22,545 nt of DNA, from assembly GCA_902806435.1 (NCBI GenBank), contig CADCWO010000249.1, positions 1 through 22,545 of the forward strand, given 5' to 3'. Origin of the DNA: an uncultured Synechococcales cyanobacterium (GTDB lineage: Bacteria; Cyanobacteriota; Cyanobacteriia; Thermosynechococcales; Thermosynechococcaceae). The notes under the pieces were generated by a model, which did not search any database, was not told the origin of the DNA, and saw only the letters and a program-made list of their open reading frames with translations. Below, one piece after another: positions 17,998 to 22,545 of the stretch (positions within the stretch are counted from its first letter, which is position 1; every line of letters begins with the position of its first letter). The position numbers and the translations under genes were made by a program.

Positions 17998-18405
17998 ATG
18001 TTGTTCTTTTCTGTTTGGGGCTTTTGTGTTTGGTTGGTCGCAACGCTGGTTTTTCGTCTGGCGGGTCAGTTTTTCTTCTACCCAGAAAATACTCTATTAC
18101 TGGTTTCGCTGTTTGGTGTTACAGTTCCCGCAATTGCTGGTGTGATGTACCCTGCCTACCACTGGAAAAAGCTCAGCTCATCGCAGCGACCCTTAGCAGC
18201 GATCTGTGCTGCATTACCAGCACTAGTGTTGGATGTTTTCAGTGTTTTATGGTTTCCCTCTCTATTTCCCAATTTGCCAGTCACAGCCAGCACTGCTTTT
18301 GCGGCCTGGTTGCTCTGGGGCTATTTCCTGATCTTAGTTACAGCGCTAATGCCCTCTGGAGTAACGGAGTTCGGAAGACCTACTCAGACTATGGAGTCTC
18401 TTTAG
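17998..18405 (+). CDS. Hypothetical integral membrane protein (4 predicted TM helices), divergent from tetR
   Basis: AAGG SD 8 nt upstream of ATG 17998 (track starts at GTG 17989). Hydrophobic throughout. Confidence 0.55.
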   Translation: MLFFSVWGFCVWLVATLVFRLAGQFFFYPENTLLLVSLFGVTVPAIAGVMYPAYHWKKLSSSQRPLAAICAALPALVLDVFSVLWFPSLFPNLPVTASTAFAAWLLWGYFLILVTALMPSGVTEFGRPTQTMESL

Positions 18406-18492
18406 GTAGGTGTAGTGTTACTCATTACCAGACGACAGACCCATCCTAAATTTCAAATGATCCTTGTGAGATGGGTTGCTTTCATGTTGTGG

Positions 18493-20418
18493 TTAAGCCT
18501 CAAGTTCAGCCAACTCTAGCCAACGCTCTGTTGCCCTATCAATTGCCTGATTTAGTTCCGCTAAGCGTTCCGAAAGTTGCTGCACCTGGCTAAAACCGGC
18601 GGGGGGATTTCTGTAGAGCGTCTTTTCAATAGTTTCCTTCTCCGCTTCCAGCTGCGGAATTTCATTTTCAAGCTGCGTGAACTCCCGTTTTTCCTTGTAG
18701 GAGAGTTTGCGCGGCTTGCCATTGCCAGATACTTGCTTATCTACCTTGACAGCTGAGGGTACGGTCTGCTGAGGCCGCTGCGGATTGGTAGGTTCAACTT
18801 CTGCTTCTGCTTGTTTGAAGTCAAGGTAAACTGAATAGTTGCCCGGATACTGCCGCAGTGTGCCTCCCGGTTCCAAGGCAAAGATAGTATCCACCGTACG
18901 ATCTAGAAAATAGCGATCGTGGGAGACCACGATCACACAACCGTTAAAGTCTTCCAGGTAATCTTCCAGCACGGCCAAAGTTTGCACATCCAGGTCATTG
19001 GTTGGTTCATCCAGGATCAGCACATTCGGGGCGCTCATCAGCACCCGCAGTAGAAACAGCCGTCGTTTTTCGCCCCCAGAAAGTTTGTGAATTGGGGCAT
19101 ACTGCTGGTTGCCAGGAAACAGGAATCTCTCCAGCATCTGGGAGGCACTAATCAGGCTGCCATCCGCAGTTTTGACGAACTCCCCGACTTCTTTGACGTA
19201 GTCAATCACCCGCTGATTTTCATTCAAAGCACTCAGCAAATCCTCAGAATGCTGGTCAAAATAGCCGATGTGAATGGTCGAGCCAATTTCAACAGTGCCG
19301 GAGTCAGGCTGTACCCGACCTGTAATGATGTCCATCAAGGTAGATTTGCCCGTCCCATTGCCGCCAATGATGCCAATGTGGTCTTCCGGGTTGAAGTGAT
19401 ACGTGAAATCTTTGATCAGCGTCCGTCCTCCATAGCCTTTAGAGATGCTGGCCAGTTCAATCACTTTTTTGCCAATCCGCCGGCCGGGGGTAGAGATGTC
19501 TACCTTGCCCTGGACCGTCTTGAACTCCTGCGCTTGCATACCCTGGATGCGCTCAATCCGTGCTTTTTGTTTTGTGCTACGAGCTTTAGGACCACGCTTT
19601 AGCCACTCTAGCTCTCGTCGTAGTACCCCTTGATGCTTGCGTTGGCTACTGGCTGCTGCTTCTTCAGCTAACGCTTTTTTCTCTAGATAGTAGGAGTAGT
19701 TGCCGGCATAGGTGTAAAGGTCACCCCGGTCAATTTCGAGAATCCGGTTTGTGACCCGATCTAAAAAGTACCGATCGTGGGTGATCAGCAGCAGTGCTCC
19801 CCGGTAGCGGTTCAAGTAACTCTGCAGCCATTCCACCGATAGAGCATCGAGATGGTTGGTCGGTTCATCCATTAGCAGGACATCGGGTTCCGACAGCAGG
19901 GCGATCGCCAGGGCAATCCGCTTGCGGTAGCCTCCAGACAAGTCACCAATTCTCGCCTCAAAGTCGGCAATCCCTAGTTTGGTCAGGATGATTTTGGCCT
20001 GGGTCTCCAGTTCCCAGGCCCCGGTTGTATCCATGCGCTGCATCACCACCCCTAACCGGGACATTATCCGGTCCTCAGCGTCCGAACCGCGAGCTAGTTG
20101 GTTGGTCAAATGCTCATACTCACGTACTAGGGCCATTTGTTCCCCACTATCGGCAAAGATCTGCTCTAAAACCGTGCGGCTCTCATCTAAATCTGGTTGC
20201 TGGGGCAGGTAGACAATCTTGGTGCTGGAGTTAAATAGAATTTGGCCACTATCAATCGGCTCCAACCCGGCAATAATTTTTAGTAAGGTTGATTTGCCAG
20301 AGCCGTTGGTGCCAATCAGCCCCACTTTGTCTGTCGTATCCAGGCTAAAATTGGCATCCTTGAGAATTTCTTTAATCCCAAAGTCTTTTTTAACGGCTTG
20401 CAGTGTAAAAATACTCAT
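18493..20418 (-). CDS. ABC-F family ATPase (Uup/EttA-like translation factor; two ABC domains plus C-terminal coiled coil)
   Basis: 641 aa. Two Walker A motifs (GTNGSGKST, GGNGTGKST), two LSGG signature motifs, no TM domain, C-terminal coiled coil. Confidence 0.9.
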   Translation of the reverse strand: MSIFTLQAVKKDFGIKEILKDANFSLDTTDKVGLIGTNGSGKSTLLKIIAGLEPIDSGQILFNSSTKIVYLPQQPDLDESRTVLEQIFADSGEQMALVREYEHLTNQLARGSDAEDRIMSRLGVVMQRMDTTGAWELETQAKIILTKLGIADFEARIGDLSGGYRKRIALAIALLSEPDVLLMDEPTNHLDALSVEWLQSYLNRYRGALLLITHDRYFLDRVTNRILEIDRGDLYTYAGNYSYYLEKKALAEEAAASSQRKHQGVLRRELEWLKRGPKARSTKQKARIERIQGMQAQEFKTVQGKVDISTPGRRIGKKVIELASISKGYGGRTLIKDFTYHFNPEDHIGIIGGNGTGKSTLMDIITGRVQPDSGTVEIGSTIHIGYFDQHSEDLLSALNENQRVIDYVKEVGEFVKTADGSLISASQMLERFLFPGNQQYAPIHKLSGGEKRRLFLLRVLMSAPNVLILDEPTNDLDVQTLAVLEDYLEDFNGCVIVVSHDRYFLDRTVDTIFALEPGGTLRQYPGNYSVYLDFKQAEAEVEPTNPQRPQQTVPSAVKVDKQVSGNGKPRKLSYKEKREFTQLENEIPQLEAEKETIEKTLYRNPPAGFSQVQQLSERLAELNQAIDRATERWLELAELEA

Positions 20419-20458
20419 CCCGTCCTCTACCTATTTCTGAAGCAAAATTCTACCTTTG

Positions 20459-21301
20459 TTAATTTACGGCTGCTGCAGTATCACGCAAATTAAACAGGAA
20501 GGGAACCCCATTCGATTTATCCCCCATCACCAGCACATTCGGCATTTGGGCACCACCTTCGCGCCAAGCTTCAATTGCTTCTTTTTGCAGCACCAGCTGG
20601 CCTCCTTGTGCCTTTAAGGTTTCGGCCAAAAGTCTCTGGGCTTCTGCCTTACCTTGGGCGTGATTAATTTCTGCCTGGGCATCTTGCTCTGCCTCACGCG
20701 CCACATAAACGGCTCTTTGGGCTCGCTGTTCGGCAATTTGTTTCTCCTCAACGGCTTTAGCAAACTCTGGCGAAAACGTTAGGTCAACAACGCTAGTATC
20801 CAACACAATAATGCCGTACTTGTCTAAGCGCTCTCCTAAGGCAGTATCAAAGTCTTGCTTCAGTTCTTGGCGCTTCGTAATGGCCTCTTCAACGGTTCGG
20901 CGGGCAGCAGCAACCTTAAACGATTCCTGCGTCTGCGGCGCAATAATTTTAGAGACAATATTTTGGAGGGTTCCCTGTTTGCGCCGTACTTCCACAACCT
21001 GGAGCGGATCAATACGGAAGTTAATGGCAAAGCTAGCCGATAGATCCTGTAAGTCTTTAGTGGAACTCTGCGCCGGAACCTCAAATTTTTGCACTGTTAA
21101 ATCGTAGATATCCACTTGTGAAACTAGGGGAGGTTTGAGGTGGATACCTTCTAGCAAAGCGCCATCGCGGGCTTTGCCAAGGACGCTGAGCACCCCCGCT
21201 TGGCCAGGATTGATGATTACATAGGCATTGAGGCTAATCAGAACCAAGACTGCCGCCACCATTGCCAGTGTGATCGTTTGCCAAGAGTATTGATTCTTCA
21301 A
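20459..21301 (-). CDS. SPFH/band-7 (prohibitin/HflC-like) membrane protein
   Basis: 280 aa. N-terminal TM anchor, SPFH core, alanine/glutamate-rich coiled coil (AEQRAQRAVYVAREAEQDAQAE). Confidence 0.85.
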   Translation of the reverse strand: MKNQYSWQTITLAMVAAVLVLISLNAYVIINPGQAGVLSVLGKARDGALLEGIHLKPPLVSQVDIYDLTVQKFEVPAQSSTKDLQDLSASFAINFRIDPLQVVEVRRKQGTLQNIVSKIIAPQTQESFKVAAARRTVEEAITKRQELKQDFDTALGERLDKYGIIVLDTSVVDLTFSPEFAKAVEEKQIAEQRAQRAVYVAREAEQDAQAEINHAQGKAEAQRLLAETLKAQGGQLVLQKEAIEAWREGGAQMPNVLVMGDKSNGVPFLFNLRDTAAAVN

Positions 21302-21442
21302 ATCTGTAACTTCCTTTAAACTCTTTTCCAGGCTAACGTGTTGAATTGATTCCAGAGGGTAGTGGTGGCTGAGCGTGCCAGCATTATTAGGCCTTCCTAG
21401 ACGTCTGGAATCAATCTAACTACCTGTCCTAAACTGAGACGT

Positions 21443-22330
21443 ATGGTCAACAGTTTTTTACCTTTAGACGCCGAGCAACTCACCGAGCCCACCTCGATCG
21501 CTTTAGCCAAGAGTATTCAGCGGCAGGAGATTGCTACTTCCCTTAGTGAACAACCGATCCTTACCACCTACAGTTGTCAGGGAACAGGCGGCACCCCTAT
21601 CCTCTTGCTGCATGGCTTTGATAGTTCTGTGTTTGAGTTTCGTCGCCTCTTGCCCCTGCTGGCTGAGCAACATGAGGCTTGGGCAATAGATTTATTGGGG
21701 TTTGGGTTTACTGAGCGCCCGCGCGGAGTGGCGTTTAGCCCAACGGCAATCAAAACTCATTTGTACTCCAGTTGGCGATCGCTGATCGAGCAGCCTGTGG
21801 TGTTAGTGGGTGCTTCTATGGGTGGAGCCGCCGCGATCGATTTTGCCTTGACTTACCCACAAGCAGTACAGACGTTGGTTTTAATTGACAGTGCCGGCTT
21901 CACCAGTGGTCCTGCCATGGGAAAGTTTTTGATTCCACCCTTAGGCTACCTAGCAACTACTTTTTTGCGCCAGCCAAAAGTTCGCCAGCGAATAAGTGAA
22001 AATGCTTACCATGACCCCAGTTTTGCTTCCCTGGACGCCCAAGTGTGTGCAGCCCTCCATCTCAAGCTGCCCGATTGGCATAAAGCTCTGATTGCTTTCA
22101 CCAAAAGTGGGGGTTACAGCTCCTTTCGCGATAAACTGGCTCAAATTCAGCAGCCAACCCTAATTTTATGGGGAGAGTCTGACCGAATTCTCGGTACCCA
22201 GGATGCAAAGAAGTTCCACGAAGCGATTCCTAATAGTAAACTTGTCTGGATTAAGAATTGTGGTCATGTGCCCCACTTGGAACAGTCGGACGTTACGGCC
22301 CAGCACATTCTGCAATTCCTCCATACCTAG
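21443..22330 (+). CDS. Alpha/beta-fold hydrolase
   Basis: 295 aa. HG oxyanion motif (LLLHGF), nucleophile elbow GASMGG, C-terminal His (NCGHVPH). Confidence 0.85.
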   Translation: MVNSFLPLDAEQLTEPTSIALAKSIQRQEIATSLSEQPILTTYSCQGTGGTPILLLHGFDSSVFEFRRLLPLLAEQHEAWAIDLLGFGFTERPRGVAFSPTAIKTHLYSSWRSLIEQPVVLVGASMGGAAAIDFALTYPQAVQTLVLIDSAGFTSGPAMGKFLIPPLGYLATTFLRQPKVRQRISENAYHDPSFASLDAQVCAALHLKLPDWHKALIAFTKSGGYSSFRDKLAQIQQPTLILWGESDRILGTQDAKKFHEAIPNSKLVWIKNCGHVPHLEQSDVTAQHILQFLHT

Positions 22331-22545
22331 GAGCAAGAGGTCACGAAAGCTCCTGGTGTGAGCGACCTTTTGACAATTCGTCTAAGTTAAAAATCAGACT
22401 GATATAAATGTGAGAGAACAGCTCCATAGACTGCTTGTCAATACTTCTCGGATAAGGCTTAAGCGGAGTCAAGAATCGCGAAAAGCAGTTGCGGTCGCTG
22501 AGTCTCTTGATTGAGGTGATGACGCTTCTTGGCAGGAAACTTTGA

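Overview
Cyanobacterial chromosomal segment. It carries the highly iterated palindrome GCGATCGC (HIP1) 13 times, and photosynthesis genes psbD, petB and petD at about 48% GC. Most of the window is conserved core genes. Left to right: 3' end of a monocistronic psbD with an intrinsic terminator; a small terminator-bounded unit (25-aa ORF with a strong SD, candidate sRNA or small protein); Rrf2 regulator plus cysK; a CAAD/CurT-like membrane protein; ftsH; an HD-domain hydrolase overlapping an S41 C-terminal processing protease; petB-petD; hisC; a 528-aa protein I cannot place; an A-type Fe-S carrier (HesB/IscA) plus a TPR protein. An accessory-looking stretch follows at about 13.5-18.4 kb. It holds an AT-rich 430-bp spacer, small hypothetical ORFs, an intact IS1-family element (insA and insB, 20-bp terminal inverted repeats, A8 slippery run) abutting a 5'-truncated host gene, an orphan FetB/YbbM-type ABC permease, and a minus-strand TetR-OsmC-zinc-ribbon cluster with palindromic candidate operators and a divergent membrane protein. 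The window ends with an ABC-F (Uup/EttA-like) ATPase, an SPFH/prohibitin protein and an alpha/beta hydrolase. No rRNA, tRNA or CRISPR array was found. Several product names rest on motifs recalled from memory and need a homology search to confirm.
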